Shown here: positions 1 to 10,437 of the stretch, piece by piece
Numbering within the stretch: position 1 is the stretch's first letter
Layout: every line of letters begins with the position of its first letter
Assembly: GCA_051745185.1 (NCBI GenBank)
Contig: JBNJDV010000003.1
Coordinates: 441 to 64,440 of the forward strand
Source: Bacillota bacterium
Lineage (GTDB): Bacteria > Bacillota > Halanaerobiia > Halanaerobiales > M55B127
Direction of reading: 5' to 3'
DNA: 64,000 bases
Program-made: the position numbers and the translations under genes
Notes under the pieces: model-generated
Seen by the model: the letters and a program-made list of their open reading frames with translations, nothing else
Databases searched by the model: none
Told to the model about the DNA's origin: nothing

Positions 1-933
1 TCTTTTGCCTTTTATTAATTGAGGATTTTGTTCTGCTAGCTTTATCAACCCTGCTACTGGAGTTGCTGAAGCAGGTTCTACAAATACACCCTCTTTTGAT
101 GATAATAAATAATGGGCTCGTTTAATTTTTTGATCAGTCAATGAACTAAATATTCCGTTTGATTCTTTTACAGCAAGATTAGCCTTTTTTCTATTGACCG
201 GATTTCCGATTCTAATTGCAGTTGCAATAGTTTCCGGATTTTCAATCACCTTATCTTCAACCATTGCAGCAGAACCTTCGGCTTGAAAACCATACATTTT
301 AGGCAAATAATCAATAAAACCCTTTTTGTTATATTCCTTAAAACCTTTCCAATATGCAGTAATATTACCTGCATTTCCGACCGGTAAAGCTAAAATATCT
401 AAATTGCTTTTATCTAGTTGGTCAGCAACTTCAAATGCTGCCGTTTTTTGTCCTTCAATTCGAAAGGGATTTAATGAATTAACTAAAGTAAATGAATATT
501 TTTCAGTTAACATCCTAACAATTTCTAGTGCTTTATCAAAGTTGCCTTTAATCGGTATAATCTGTGCTCCATAGATTAGAGCTTGAGATAATTTGCCCTT
601 CGCAATTTTTGAATTAGGAACAACTACAAGAGTTTTTAATCCACTCCTTGCACCAAATGCTGCTGCTGAAGCAGAAGTGTTTCCTGTTGATGCACAGATA
701 ATAGCTTTGCTGTTGATTTCAAGAGCTTTTGTTACAGCTAAAGTCATACCCCTATCTTTAAATGAACCAGTAGGATTTGCTCCTTCAAACTTTAGGTATA
801 GATCAAATCCATATTTATTACTAAGCCAATCAGCTTTTATTAAAGGTGTATTACCTTCATTTAAACTTACTATTTTTTGATTTTTTGTTACAGGTAAAAA
901 ATCTCTGTATTTATTAATTAAACCTTTCCACAT
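1..933 (-). CDS. thrC: Threonine synthase, N-terminal ~311 codons (gene runs off the left edge)
   Basis: Absent from the ORF track because there is no stop in the window. My minus-strand translation from the ATG at 931-933 gives MWKGLINKYRDFLPVTKNQ... It includes the PLP-lysine motif ANPTGSFKDRGM (745-780) and stays open to position 1. It overlaps the thrB stop by 20 nt. The + strand ORFs 326-574 and 593-880 are its antisense shadows. Confidence 0.9.
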   Translation of the reverse strand, partial: MWKGLINKYRDFLPVTKNQKIVSLNEGNTPLIKADWLSNKYGFDLYLKFEGANPTGSFKDRGMTLAVTKALEINSKAIICASTGNTSASAAAFGARSGLKTLVVVPNSKIAKGKLSQALIYGAQIIPIKGNFDKALEIVRMLTEKYSFTLVNSLNPFRIEGQKTAAFEVADQLDKSNLDILALPVGNAGNITAYWKGFKEYNKKGFIDYLPKMYGFQAEGSAAMVEDKVIENPETIATAIRIGNPVNRKKANLAVKESNGIFSSLTDQKIKRAHYLLSSKEGVFVEPASATPVAGLIKLAEQNPQLIKGKR

Positions 934-1849
934 TATTATCACCATTTTCTATTATTATACCCTTATTATTGGGCTTGGTTTCTATTAAATAGTTAACAAT
1001 TCCTATTTTTTTTGCTTCTTTTTTTACAATTTCTTTTATATTAGTAATATTTTTGTTTGAAATCAAAATTATAGTAGGTCCACTTCCACTTAAAAAAATA
1101 GGAAGATCTGTTTTTTTTATAATATTTTTAAATAACAACTTAAGATCTTTATTTAAGCTTAATCTTTTGTATTGGTGAATATGATCATTAGATCCTTTTT
1201 TTATTAATTTAATATCGTTTTTAACTATGCCCGCTGTAAGGATTGAAGCATTAGCAATATTTTTAGATACTTTTGTAATCGGTATATTATTATCAATAAC
1301 TTTACGAGCCATCTTTGTTTTAATTTTAATATCTGGTATGAATAATAGCATATTAAACTCATTTGATATACTAAACTTTTTATAAACTACCTTTTCATCG
1401 ATATTTTGGCTTACTGTAAACCCACCAATAAATGCCGGCGTTATATTATCTGGATGGCCTTCTAATTTTAGAGCATGATCTAAAATTTCTTGTTTTTTTA
1501 GATTTAGATCATAAATAATATTTAATCCAGATAATGTTGCAATAATAGCATTTGCAGAACTTCCTAACCCTCTATCTAAAGGATAGTTAAGCTTAACATC
1601 TATTTTTAATCTATTTAGGTCTATTTTCTCTTTATAAATATTATCAAGATAGTTTACAGTCTTTATTATTAAATTATCTTCATTTTTAATATGATAATCT
1701 TTATTACTGTTATCTTTAATAGATAAATCGAACTGATCAGAATTATTTAATTTAAAAACATATTCATTAAATAAATTAAGAGCCAAACCGAATGTGTCAT
1801 AGCCTGGCCCTAAGTTTGCAGAAGTTGCCGGAACTTTAATCTTTAACAT
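914..1849 (-). CDS. thrB: Homoserine kinase (GHMP kinase)
   Basis: N-terminus MLKIKVPATSANLGPGYDTFG and the GHMP motif PLDRGLGSSANAI. Adjacent to thrC. Confidence 0.9.
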   Translation of the reverse strand: MLKIKVPATSANLGPGYDTFGLALNLFNEYVFKLNNSDQFDLSIKDNSNKDYHIKNEDNLIIKTVNYLDNIYKEKIDLNRLKIDVKLNYPLDRGLGSSANAIIATLSGLNIIYDLNLKKQEILDHALKLEGHPDNITPAFIGGFTVSQNIDEKVVYKKFSISNEFNMLLFIPDIKIKTKMARKVIDNNIPITKVSKNIANASILTAGIVKNDIKLIKKGSNDHIHQYKRLSLNKDLKLLFKNIIKKTDLPIFLSGSGPTIILISNKNITNIKEIVKKEAKKIGIVNYLIETKPNNKGIIIENGDNNVERFN

Positions 1850-1857
1850 CTTTTCAC

Positions 1858-3096
1858 CTATACTTTCCAGTTTTCTAAATACTGTTTTTGTTCAGCACTT
1901 AATTTATCTATTTCTATTCCATCAGCATTCAATCGATACTGAGCAACTTTTTCATCAATTTTTTCTGGTACGTTATACAGTCCTGGTAATAGATCATTTT
2001 CTGTTAAATAAAGTAGTGATAAAACCTGCAGCCCAAAACTCATGTCCATTATTTCTGCAGGATGTCCATCTCCTGCAGCAAGATTAACTAATCTTCCTTC
2101 TGCCAGCAAATAGAGTGTTTTATCTTCAATTTCATAACCTTCAATATTATCTCTAACATCATTTTTTGTATCTGAAACTTCTTCAAGATCTGATACATTT
2201 ACCTCAACATTAAAGTGGCCGGCATTAGCTAATATTGCTCCATCTTTCATAACTTTAAAATGTTCTTTATTGATTACATTTTTGCAACCTGTTAAGGTAA
2301 CAAAAATATCACCAATCTTTGCAGCTTCTTTCATTGTCATTACTCTATATCCATCCATTTTAGCCTCTAAAGCTTTAAATGGGTCTACTTCTGTAACAAT
2401 TACTCTTCCACCTAATCCTTCTGCTCGTTTAGCAACCCCTTTACCACACCATCCGTATCCAGCAACTACAATGTCCTTTCCTGCAATTACTAGATTGGTA
2501 TTTCTCATGATTGCATCCCAAACAGATTGTCCTGTTCCATATCTGTTATCAAATAGAAATTTTGCTTGAGCATCATTAACAGATATCATCGGAAACTTCA
2601 ATAGATTTTTATTATCTAATGATTTAAGCCTTATCACACCAGTAGTGGTTTCTTCTGCTCCACCGATCAACTTATTAATTAATTCTGGCTTTTCATCATG
2701 GATCTTACTTACAAGGTCTCCACCATCATCAATTATGAGATCAGGTTCTACTTCAAGTACCTTATTTAATGAATTTTCATACTCTTTTTTTGTTTCTCCG
2801 TGCCAGCTGTAAACAGTTACTCCATATTCAGTAAGTGCAGCTGCCACATCATCTTGAGTTGATAGCGGATTACTTCCTGTTATGTATACATCTGCACCTA
2901 ACTCTTTTAGAATTATTGCCATATATGCAGTTTTGGCTTCAAGGTGTAAACAAATTGATACTGTTTTACCTTTAAAGGGTTTGTCATCTTTATATTCCTT
3001 TTTAATTCTATTTAATACAACCATTTTATCTTTAATCCAATTTATTTTACGTTTTCCTTCTGGAGCTAATGATAAATCTTTTACTTTGCTTTCCAT
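1858..3096 (-). CDS. ahcY: Adenosylhomocysteinase (SAH hydrolase)
   Basis: 412 aa. Family-typical stretches include LAPEGKRKINW, HLEAKTA, the NAD-binding GYGWCGKG and NLAAGDGHPAEIMD. SD sequence AAGGAGGGG lies upstream. Confidence 0.92.
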   Translation of the reverse strand: MESKVKDLSLAPEGKRKINWIKDKMVVLNRIKKEYKDDKPFKGKTVSICLHLEAKTAYMAIILKELGADVYITGSNPLSTQDDVAAALTEYGVTVYSWHGETKKEYENSLNKVLEVEPDLIIDDGGDLVSKIHDEKPELINKLIGGAEETTTGVIRLKSLDNKNLLKFPMISVNDAQAKFLFDNRYGTGQSVWDAIMRNTNLVIAGKDIVVAGYGWCGKGVAKRAEGLGGRVIVTEVDPFKALEAKMDGYRVMTMKEAAKIGDIFVTLTGCKNVINKEHFKVMKDGAILANAGHFNVEVNVSDLEEVSDTKNDVRDNIEGYEIEDKTLYLLAEGRLVNLAAGDGHPAEIMDMSFGLQVLSLLYLTENDLLPGLYNVPEKIDEKVAQYRLNADGIEIDKLSAEQKQYLENWKV

Positions 3097-3110
3097 GCTT
3101 TTTCCCCTCC

Positions 3111-3545
3111 TTATTTTTTACCCGTATGACCAAAACCACCATCACTTCGATTACTATCTCTTAAAGAATCCACTTCTTTCCATTCAATATTAAAGGTGCG
3201 GTGTATGATTAATTGGGCAATTCTATCGTGTTTATTTATTTTAAATTCTTTATTACTGTGATTAATTAATATTACTCCAACTTCTCCTCGATAACCAGGA
3301 TCGATAACACCATCTGCATTTAAAACTGTAATTCCTTCTTTTAAAGCTAAACCACTTCTAGGATAAACAAAACCACCAAACCCTTCTGGAATAGCTAGTT
3401 TAAGTCCGGTTTTGATTAATTTGTACTCCCCGGGTTTTAATGTATATTCATAACGGGACATTAAGTCCATTCCACAGTCTTCACCAAGATGTTGATATTT
3501 TGGCAACTTAACATCCTCACCCATTCTCTTTACTTTGATTTCCAA
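3111..3545 (-). CDS. dut: dUTP diphosphatase
   Basis: 144 aa. Trimeric dUTPase motifs are present: PRSGLALK, GVIDPGYRGEV and the C-terminal RSDGGFGHTG. Confidence 0.92.
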   Translation of the reverse strand: MEIKVKRMGEDVKLPKYQHLGEDCGMDLMSRYEYTLKPGEYKLIKTGLKLAIPEGFGGFVYPRSGLALKEGITVLNADGVIDPGYRGEVGVILINHSNKEFKINKHDRIAQLIIHRTFNIEWKEVDSLRDSNRSDGGFGHTGKK

Positions 3546-3559
3546 TTAGATATCCTCCT

Positions 3560-4480
3560 TTATTTAGCAAATATATGTTCACCTATACTTACAACAAATT
3601 TTCTGGTCTGAAACCAACTCTTATTTTGGGCTGTTTTGGGGTTATAGTAATACAACGAGCCCATTGTAGGGTCTACACCATTTAATGCTTCACGGGCTGC
3701 TCTATATGCCGTATTATTAGGTGTATAGTTAATCTGACCATCACTAACTGCTGTAAATTGATTACTTTGATATACTACTCCTCTTATATTATCAGGGAAC
3801 TCATTACTTATGACTCTATTAATTATTACTGCTCCTACTGCAACTTGACCCATATATGGTTCACCACGTGCTTCACCGTGAATAGTTTTAGCAATTATTT
3901 CAATATCATTCTCAGATAGAGTTTTTGCCAAGACCTGTCTTTTAGTAAGATTATTTATTGGAATATTTATTCTATCACCACTTCTAATAATAGAGTGTTC
4001 CATACTATTTAAGGCCATGATAACTCCAACTGATGTATTAAAACTTTCAGCAAGGTCATAAAGTGTATCACCGGAATCAACATAGTATTTAATTATTTTA
4101 TCTGGAGGTATATCTACTTCCGGCAGTGGTTGTTCAGGATTATACCTTACAGAATAATTGCGGCCAACATCTAATTTGAAGTTTTCTTGATTACTGCTAT
4201 TTAGGGATAATTTATAGTCTAATTTTGGTTTTTTTTCTTGTTTTTCTTTTTCCTTTTGTATTATAAGTTCATCACCTATATTAATTTTGGAAGCATTATC
4301 AATATTGTTGTTTTGTAAAATATTACTTACTGTAGTATTATATTCATTTGCGATATCATAAATTGTATCCCCATTTTGTACTACATATATTAATGTAAAA
4401 CGAGGTTGAGCTAATCCATCTATCGTAAATAATAGTAATATTATTATTAAAAATATTGGTATTTTAATTTGGTTTTTCAT
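3560..4480 (-). CDS. Secreted cell-wall hydrolase with two LysM domains and a C-terminal SleB/CwlJ-type (Hydrolase_2) domain
   Basis: N-terminal signal peptide MKNQIKIPIFLIIILLLFTIDGLA. Two LysM repeats (YVVQNGDTIYDIANEY..., YYVDSGDTLYDLAESF...). The C-terminal segment AKTIHGEARGEPYMGQVAVGAVIINRV...YQSNQFTAV is typical of spore-cortex-lytic-type hydrolases. Confidence 0.8.
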   Translation of the reverse strand: MKNQIKIPIFLIIILLLFTIDGLAQPRFTLIYVVQNGDTIYDIANEYNTTVSNILQNNNIDNASKINIGDELIIQKEKEKQEKKPKLDYKLSLNSSNQENFKLDVGRNYSVRYNPEQPLPEVDIPPDKIIKYYVDSGDTLYDLAESFNTSVGVIMALNSMEHSIIRSGDRINIPINNLTKRQVLAKTLSENDIEIIAKTIHGEARGEPYMGQVAVGAVIINRVISNEFPDNIRGVVYQSNQFTAVSDGQINYTPNNTAYRAAREALNGVDPTMGSLYYYNPKTAQNKSWFQTRKFVVSIGEHIFAK

Positions 4481-4482
4481 AG

Positions 4483-6921
4483 TTAATCCTCTCCAACCAC
4501 ATAGTCAATTACCCGTCTTAAATTCATCTTTATTACTGGACAGTTGTCAGGTATTGAATTTAAGAAAACTTGACCATAATTTTTTGTAATTAATCTATTA
4601 TCCATACATATTACGATTCCCTTATCTGTTTTTGATCTAATCAATCTTCCAAAACCCTGTTTGAACTTAATTACTGCTTTTGGTATAAAATACTCAAAAA
4701 AGTAGTTTTTTCCTTCTTGTTTCATCAAATTAACGCGAGCCGCATTTACTGGATCATTTGGAACAGGAAAAGGTAGTTTCATAATAATTAGATATTTAAG
4801 GTCTTTTCCAACAATATCAACACCTTCCCAAAAACTTTGAGTGCCAAATATTATTTGATTTTTACCTGCTTTGAACTTATCCATTATATATTTTCTAGAA
4901 TATTTACTTTGAGATAGAATATTAATATTATCTTCTTCTAATTTATAATTAATCTTTTTATAAACATTATCTAACATCCGGTATGAGGTAAACAAGACCA
5001 TTGTAGAACCATTAAAGGTTTTTAAAATATCAGCTAAATCATCAGCGATTTGTGCTGTGAAAGCATTATTTGAAGGTGAGTATATATCATTAGGAATTAT
5101 TAGTCTGCTTTGTTTTTGATAATTAAAAGGAGATTTAACTATTATCTCATTTTGATCTTTTATACCTAATGCATCTGTAAAATAGTTAAAAGAATCATTT
5201 ACTGTTAAAGTTGCAGATGTTAAAAGTACATTTCTAAGATTATTCCAAAGTATTTCCGGCAAGTGACCATCGACATTTAAAAGTGCACTCATATGACTTA
5301 CATATCTGTCATTATAATTATAATTTTCAAGCCAAAAAACATAATCGTCATCTGTAGATTCTAAATTAAACAAGAGATTAAAAGCAAGTTCATTAACAGT
5401 GTTCAAGTTTTGTTTAAGTTCAAGTAATTCAGCTTCTATTTTATCATAATCATCTATTATTTTTAACTGATTAATTAAATTTTTTAGATAAATTAATAGT
5501 GAGTCAAAGTTTTTATGATAGTTAAAACCTATCTCATTTAAAGTCTTATACCTTTGTTTTTCTTTAATTTCTTCTGATAAAATTATACTGCTTAAATCGA
5601 ATGACTTAAAAAACTCATCTAACTTACTAAAGTATTCTTTGTTATTTTCTTCTAACTTTTGAATGGTCGGTATTATTTTTTGATCTATTAATTGATAGAT
5701 ATCCTTTTTATTATCTAAATTAAAATCACTAACCTTGTTTCTAACTCTAGGAATTATTGAGAACTTCTTGTCATAGAGTTTTTTTAGGATCTGTTGATTT
5801 AAATTATATGAAGTGGTTTTTCCTAAATGATAGGTTGCAACATCATGAAAGTTATGAGCTTCATCAATAATCAAACTATTATACTTTGGTAAAGTAGAAT
5901 AACCAGAGCTTTTAATTAAAGCATCCGAAAGAAGTAAATAGTGATTTACAACAATTAAATCAGCATTAAACAGTTTATTACGAGCTTTCATAAAATAGCA
6001 GTCATCATAATAGGGACATAAACTGCCAATACAGTAGTCACTGTCTGATGAAACCTCATCCCATACTGATCTTTTAAGATTAAATTTGATTTCTCCCTTT
6101 ACTCCAGTCTTTGTTTTTTTTACCCAATCTAATAGTTTGTTAAAACTTCCTTGATCATCAATGTTGTTATAATTATTGCTAATGTTTTTTAATTTTCTTA
6201 TACAAAGATAGTTACCACGACCTATTGCAAATTCAGCTTTAAATTTAAAGGGAAGTACTTTTTTTAAAAACTTCACATCTTTATCTATGATCTGCTGCTG
6301 TAAGTTAATTGTATTAGTTGAAATGACAACAGTTTGATCGTTTTTTACTGCCCAATAAAGTGAAGGAATTAAATATGCAAAAGACTTTCCAATTCCAGTT
6401 CCAGCTTCTATTAATGTTGTTTGGGCATTATTATAGTTATCAACAATACTTTCAGCTATTTCAAGCTGTTCATTTCTATATTCAAAATCCTTCATCCTAC
6501 TTGATAAAGGACCGTCATCCTTAAAGTAGTTTAAAATTTCCTTTTTGTTTATTTCCTTTACTTCACCTAATGCTTTAGGCTTAACTAATACATATATTTC
6601 ATTAAAATCATTATCAGAGATTGCAAAACCAATCCCTTTGTTTCCAATTTCTGAGGCTACCCTAATATCTGCACCTGATGGAGTTGTATCACCTGAAGGA
6701 TGATTGTGTAAAACCATAGAATTTTTAGGTAGAGAGTTAATTATTGCAGGTGCCATACTTTTGTTACCTCTTGACAGTACTTCTATGTCTTGTACTGCTT
6801 TTTTTTCAAAATCAATTTTCAATAGAAAAAACACTTCATTTCCAGAGGAACTCTTAATTTCATCTCTCATATATTTTTTATTGCTATTATCAATAATATT
6901 TTCTACTTTCAAATTATTCAC
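4483..6921 (-). CDS. dinG: DinG/XPD-family Fe-S DNA helicase with an N-terminal RadC-type JAB/MPN (JAMM) domain
   Basis: Helicase part: Walker A AGTGIGKS, DEAH box IIDEAHNF, a Cys cluster (GNYLC ... DYCIGSLCPYYDDC) and C-terminal helicase motifs (FWEGVDI, QGFGRLIRS). N-terminal part: HNHPSGDTTPSGADI matches HxHx7Sx2D. The start overlaps the nfo stop by 8 nt. Confidence 0.8.
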   Translation of the reverse strand: MNNLKVENIIDNSNKKYMRDEIKSSSGNEVFFLLKIDFEKKAVQDIEVLSRGNKSMAPAIINSLPKNSMVLHNHPSGDTTPSGADIRVASEIGNKGIGFAISDNDFNEIYVLVKPKALGEVKEINKKEILNYFKDDGPLSSRMKDFEYRNEQLEIAESIVDNYNNAQTTLIEAGTGIGKSFAYLIPSLYWAVKNDQTVVISTNTINLQQQIIDKDVKFLKKVLPFKFKAEFAIGRGNYLCIRKLKNISNNYNNIDDQGSFNKLLDWVKKTKTGVKGEIKFNLKRSVWDEVSSDSDYCIGSLCPYYDDCYFMKARNKLFNADLIVVNHYLLLSDALIKSSGYSTLPKYNSLIIDEAHNFHDVATYHLGKTTSYNLNQQILKKLYDKKFSIIPRVRNKVSDFNLDNKKDIYQLIDQKIIPTIQKLEENNKEYFSKLDEFFKSFDLSSIILSEEIKEKQRYKTLNEIGFNYHKNFDSLLIYLKNLINQLKIIDDYDKIEAELLELKQNLNTVNELAFNLLFNLESTDDDYVFWLENYNYNDRYVSHMSALLNVDGHLPEILWNNLRNVLLTSATLTVNDSFNYFTDALGIKDQNEIIVKSPFNYQKQSRLIIPNDIYSPSNNAFTAQIADDLADILKTFNGSTMVLFTSYRMLDNVYKKINYKLEEDNINILSQSKYSRKYIMDKFKAGKNQIIFGTQSFWEGVDIVGKDLKYLIIMKLPFPVPNDPVNAARVNLMKQEGKNYFFEYFIPKAVIKFKQGFGRLIRSKTDKGIVICMDNRLITKNYGQVFLNSIPDNCPVIKMNLRRVIDYVVGED

Positions 6922-7753
6922 CTTTTAGTTTAAGTATTGTTTGAATATCTTGATCTTCACCATCAAATGGCGGAGTTTCTATTATGAAAAGTTTTTTTGC
7001 TAATTTTTTGTGATTTACTATGTATTTAAAGTTCTCTATACCAATTTTCCCTTGTCCAATATGTTCATGTCTATCTTTATTTGTATCAATTTCAAATTTA
7101 GAATCATTAAGATGAATTAATTTCAAGTTATCTAATCCTATCTTATTATTTACTTCTTCAATTAAATCATCAATACCTTTTTTAGAGTTTATCTTATAAC
7201 CTGCAGCAAATAGGTGACATAAGTCAAGACATACTCCTAGCTGGTCAAAATTATTTATACTGTTTAATATTTCTGCTAACTCACTGATTGTACTACCAAT
7301 TTCTGTGCCTGCCCCAGCAGTGTTTTCAATTAATAGTTTTGTCTTGGGGTTTTTAACTTTTTTGAGTATATCATCTATCCCTTTAATAATTCTCTTTATA
7401 CCTTCATTTTTTGTTGAACTTACAAAATTACCGGGATGAAACACATAGTAATCAGCACCCAATAAATTAGCTTGTTTATAATCATTAATGATTTCTTTTA
7501 AGGACTTGTTATATAAATCTTTTTTAGGAGTAGCAAGATTTACTAGATATGAAGAGTGGACAACAAAACCTTTAATATCAAACTTGTTTATATTTTCTTT
7601 TGTGCTCTCTATTTCTGAATCACTAATAGATTTTTGCTTCCAACTCCTTGGTGATTTAGTAAATATTTGTAATGAATTAGCGTTAATTCTTTGAGTCTCT
7701 TCTACTGCTTTATCTATACCACCACTAATTGATAAATGCCTACCTATTTTCAT
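6914..7753 (-). CDS. nfo: Endonuclease IV (AP endonuclease, TIM barrel)
   Basis: 279 aa, beginning MKIGRHLSISGG. Metal-ligand contexts VHSSYLVNL, FHPG, LIENTAG and CLDLCH; the tail reads HLNDSK...DRHEHIGQG. Confidence 0.9.
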   Translation of the reverse strand: MKIGRHLSISGGIDKAVEETQRINANSLQIFTKSPRSWKQKSISDSEIESTKENINKFDIKGFVVHSSYLVNLATPKKDLYNKSLKEIINDYKQANLLGADYYVFHPGNFVSSTKNEGIKRIIKGIDDILKKVKNPKTKLLIENTAGAGTEIGSTISELAEILNSINNFDQLGVCLDLCHLFAAGYKINSKKGIDDLIEEVNNKIGLDNLKLIHLNDSKFEIDTNKDRHEHIGQGKIGIENFKYIVNHKKLAKKLFIIETPPFDGEDQDIQTILKLKGE

Positions 7754-7788
7754 TTTTACTCTCCTTAAAAATTATATATTAAAAAAAC

Positions 7789-7854
7789 AACCTCAATTTA
7801 TCTCCGGCTTAAAAATTAATTTAAGCAGGAGCTTATTTGAGGTGGATTTTTATA
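7789..7854 (-). terminator. Long imperfect hairpin with a U-tract; intrinsic terminator downstream of pnp
   Basis: On the minus-strand RNA, CCUCAAAUAAGCUCCUGCUUAAA-UUAAUU-UUUAAGCCGGAGAUAAAUUGAGG is followed by UUGUUUUUUU. It lies between the pnp stop (7884) and the nfo start (7753). Confidence 0.75.
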
Positions 7855-7883
7855 CTTGTCTTTTATTTTTCATTGTACTTAAA

Positions 7884-9986
7884 TTATTCGTCTTCTTCAA
7901 CATCTTTCATTGAAAGGTTAATACGGTCTTTATCATCAATCTTAATTACTTTAACCTTTATCTCGTCACCTTCGCTTAATACATCAGTGACTTCATCAAT
8001 ATGTCTATCAGCAATCTTAGAAATATGAACTAAACCTTCTTTACCAGGTAAGATTTCTACAAAAGCACCGAAGTTCATTATCTTAACTACTTTGCCCTTA
8101 TATACTTCTCCAACTTCAACTTCTCTAGTTAGATCTTCTATCATTTCTTTTGCTCTTAATCCCTTTTCTTGAGTATCAGCCATTATAAAGATAGTTCCAT
8201 CATCTTCAATATCTATACTTGCATCAGTTTCATCAATGATTTTATTGATCATTTTTCCACCGGGGCCAATAACAAATCTTATCTTATCTGGATTAATGTT
8301 CATAGTCATAATTAATGGTGCATATTCTGATAGATTTTCTCTTGGCCCATCTATTACTTCAAGCATTTTATCTAAAATGTGTAATCGGCCTTTTTTAGCT
8401 TTATTTAAAGCTTTTTTAAGTAACTCTTGTGACAAACCGGTTACTTTTATATCCATCTGTAATGCAGTTATACCATTTGGAGTTCCTGCTACTTTAAAAT
8501 CCATATCTCCATAATGGTCTTCCATTCCCTGAATATCGGAAAGAATTGCATAATCTTCGCCTTCTTTAATAAGTCCCATTGCTATACCGGATACAGGATT
8601 TTTAATATTTACCCCAGCATCCATTAAAGCCATTGAACTGCCACAAATACTTGCTTGTGAAGAAGAACCATTTGATTCTAATACTTCAGATACAATCCTA
8701 ATTGTATAAGGAAATTCTTCTTTTGTTGGAATCATAGGTTTTAATGCTCTTTCACCTAAATGACCGTGCCCGATCTCTCTTCTTCCAGGTGATCTTAAGA
8801 AGTTAGTTTCCCCAACACTATATGGAGGGAAATTATAATGATGCATAAAACGTTTAGTTTGATCTTCTCCAAGCCCAAACATTGTTTTTTCATCACTACT
8901 AGCACCTAATGTAACTACGCTTAGTACCTGTGTTTCACCCCTTGTAAAGACAGCTGAACCGTGGGTTCTTGGCAAGGCGCTTACTTCTCCCCAGATTGGC
9001 CTGATTTCATCATATTCTCTGCCATCGGGACGTTTTTTCTCTTTTAAGATCATTTCTCTAACTTTTTCTTTAGTTAATGTATCAAATACAGTACCTAACA
9101 TTTTCTTGTACTCATTTTGCCTATCTTCAAAATCATCTAACTGACCTTCCAGATATTCAAATGTTTCTTCTTTTAGTTGATCAATCAATTCTTGCCTTTT
9201 TAATTTATCTACTGTATCAATAGCTTCTTTTAATTTCTCAGAAGCATAATTGCGAACAAGATTTTCAATATCGTTATCTACATCATTTACTAGATCTATC
9301 ACTTGTTTTTCTTTTCCAGCTTCTTTTCTCATTTCTTTTTGAGCTTCTACAATCTTTTTGATTTCTTGGTGTGCTTTATCAATAGCTTCAAGCATAATAT
9401 CTTCACTTACTTCATCTGCACCTGCTTCAACCATCAATACAGCATCTTCTGTACCAGCAACAGTTAAATCAAGTTTGGAATTTTCTCTTTGTTCTTCATT
9501 TGGATTTATGACTAACTCATCATCAACTAATCCAACCTTAACTCCACCTATTGGTCCATCAAAAGGTATATCAGACAAAGTTAAAGCAGCTGAAGCACCA
9601 TTCATTGCAATAATATCTGGTTCATGATCTCCATCAACTGAAAGTATTGTTGCAATAACCTGAACATCATGTCTCATACCATCTGGAAAAAGCGGTCTTA
9701 ATGGTCTATCGATCAATCTCGCAGACAATGTGGCAAAATCTCTCGGTCTACCTTCTCTACGATTAACACTTCCTGGAATTTTACCTATTGAATAAATTCT
9801 TTCTTCATAATTTACCATTAAAGGGAAATAGTTCATACCCTCTCTTGGTCCTGACATGGTTGCAGTAACTAATACCTTTGAATCTCCGTATTTAACAGTA
9901 ACTGCACCGTTAGCTTGTTTAGCTAATTTACCGGTCTCAAATTCTATTTCTGTTCCGGCAAAATCTGTTTTCCAATTATAGGTCAT
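7884..9986 (-). CDS. pnp: Polynucleotide phosphorylase
   Basis: 700 aa. Two RNase PH domains, then KH ([14 protein letters not shown]) and S1 ([20 protein letters not shown]) domains. Confidence 0.95.
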   Translation of the reverse strand: MTYNWKTDFAGTEIEFETGKLAKQANGAVTVKYGDSKVLVTATMSGPREGMNYFPLMVNYEERIYSIGKIPGSVNRREGRPRDFATLSARLIDRPLRPLFPDGMRHDVQVIATILSVDGDHEPDIIAMNGASAALTLSDIPFDGPIGGVKVGLVDDELVINPNEEQRENSKLDLTVAGTEDAVLMVEAGADEVSEDIMLEAIDKAHQEIKKIVEAQKEMRKEAGKEKQVIDLVNDVDNDIENLVRNYASEKLKEAIDTVDKLKRQELIDQLKEETFEYLEGQLDDFEDRQNEYKKMLGTVFDTLTKEKVREMILKEKKRPDGREYDEIRPIWGEVSALPRTHGSAVFTRGETQVLSVVTLGASSDEKTMFGLGEDQTKRFMHHYNFPPYSVGETNFLRSPGRREIGHGHLGERALKPMIPTKEEFPYTIRIVSEVLESNGSSSQASICGSSMALMDAGVNIKNPVSGIAMGLIKEGEDYAILSDIQGMEDHYGDMDFKVAGTPNGITALQMDIKVTGLSQELLKKALNKAKKGRLHILDKMLEVIDGPRENLSEYAPLIMTMNINPDKIRFVIGPGGKMINKIIDETDASIDIEDDGTIFIMADTQEKGLRAKEMIEDLTREVEVGEVYKGKVVKIMNFGAFVEILPGKEGLVHISKIADRHIDEVTDVLSEGDEIKVKVIKIDDKDRINLSMKDVEEDE

Positions 9987-10033
9987 ACGTTTATATCCTC
10001 CTTATGTTTCTATAAGTTAATAATATTTACAAT

Positions 10034-10062
10034 AAAGAGCGGGCATACATAACCCGCTCTTT
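10034..10062 (-). terminator. Hairpin between rpsO and pnp (rpsO terminator and/or pnp leader processing hairpin)
   Basis: 10-bp stem AAAGAGCGGG/CCCGCUCUUU with a 9-nt loop, followed by AUUGU on the minus strand. The position matches the rpsO-pnp intergenic hairpin known in E. coli. Confidence 0.6.
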
Positions 10063-10079
10063 TAAATAATTATTTTAAA

Positions 10080-10346
10080 TTAACCTCTAATACCAAGTTT
10101 AGAAATTAATTCGCGATATCTTTCAACATCTTTATTTTGTAAATACCTTAAAAGCTTTCTTCTCTGACCAACCATTTTAAGTAATCCTCTTCTTGAAGAA
10201 TGATCTTGTTTATGTTCTTTTAAATGTCCCGTTAACTGAGAAATTCTCTCTGTTAATAAAGCAATTTGCACTTCTGGAGAACCAGTATCTTTTTCATCTC
10301 TTTGATACTTTTCAATAATCTCTTGTTTCATTTCTTTAGTAATCAA
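10080..10346 (-). CDS. rpsO: 30S ribosomal protein S15
   Basis: Contains [16 protein letters not shown]...[19 protein letters not shown]. The track start (GTG at 10355) sits inside the SD GGAGGTG. A TTG at 10346, 8 nt after GGAGG, gives [11 protein letters not shown] and the usual 88-aa length. Confidence 0.9.
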   Translation of the reverse strand: MITKEMKQEIIEKYQRDEKDTGSPEVQIALLTERISQLTGHLKEHKQDHSSRRGLLKMVGQRRKLLRYLQNKDVERYRELISKLGIRG

Positions 10347-10437
10347 TTCTTTCACCTCCTAAGTTATTGATACGCCCTATACCAAGTAAAAGTTGAGGAA
10401 TCTTTCACCTAGTCTAAGGTAGTTGTCCAACAGAAAA

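Noticed and set aside
326-880. Two + strand ORFs (326-574 and 593-880) in the ORF track.
   Set aside because: They are antisense shadows of thrC. The minus strand encodes the unmistakable threonine synthase N-terminus and the PLP motif ANPTGSFKDRGM, while the + strand products are low-complexity and match no family.
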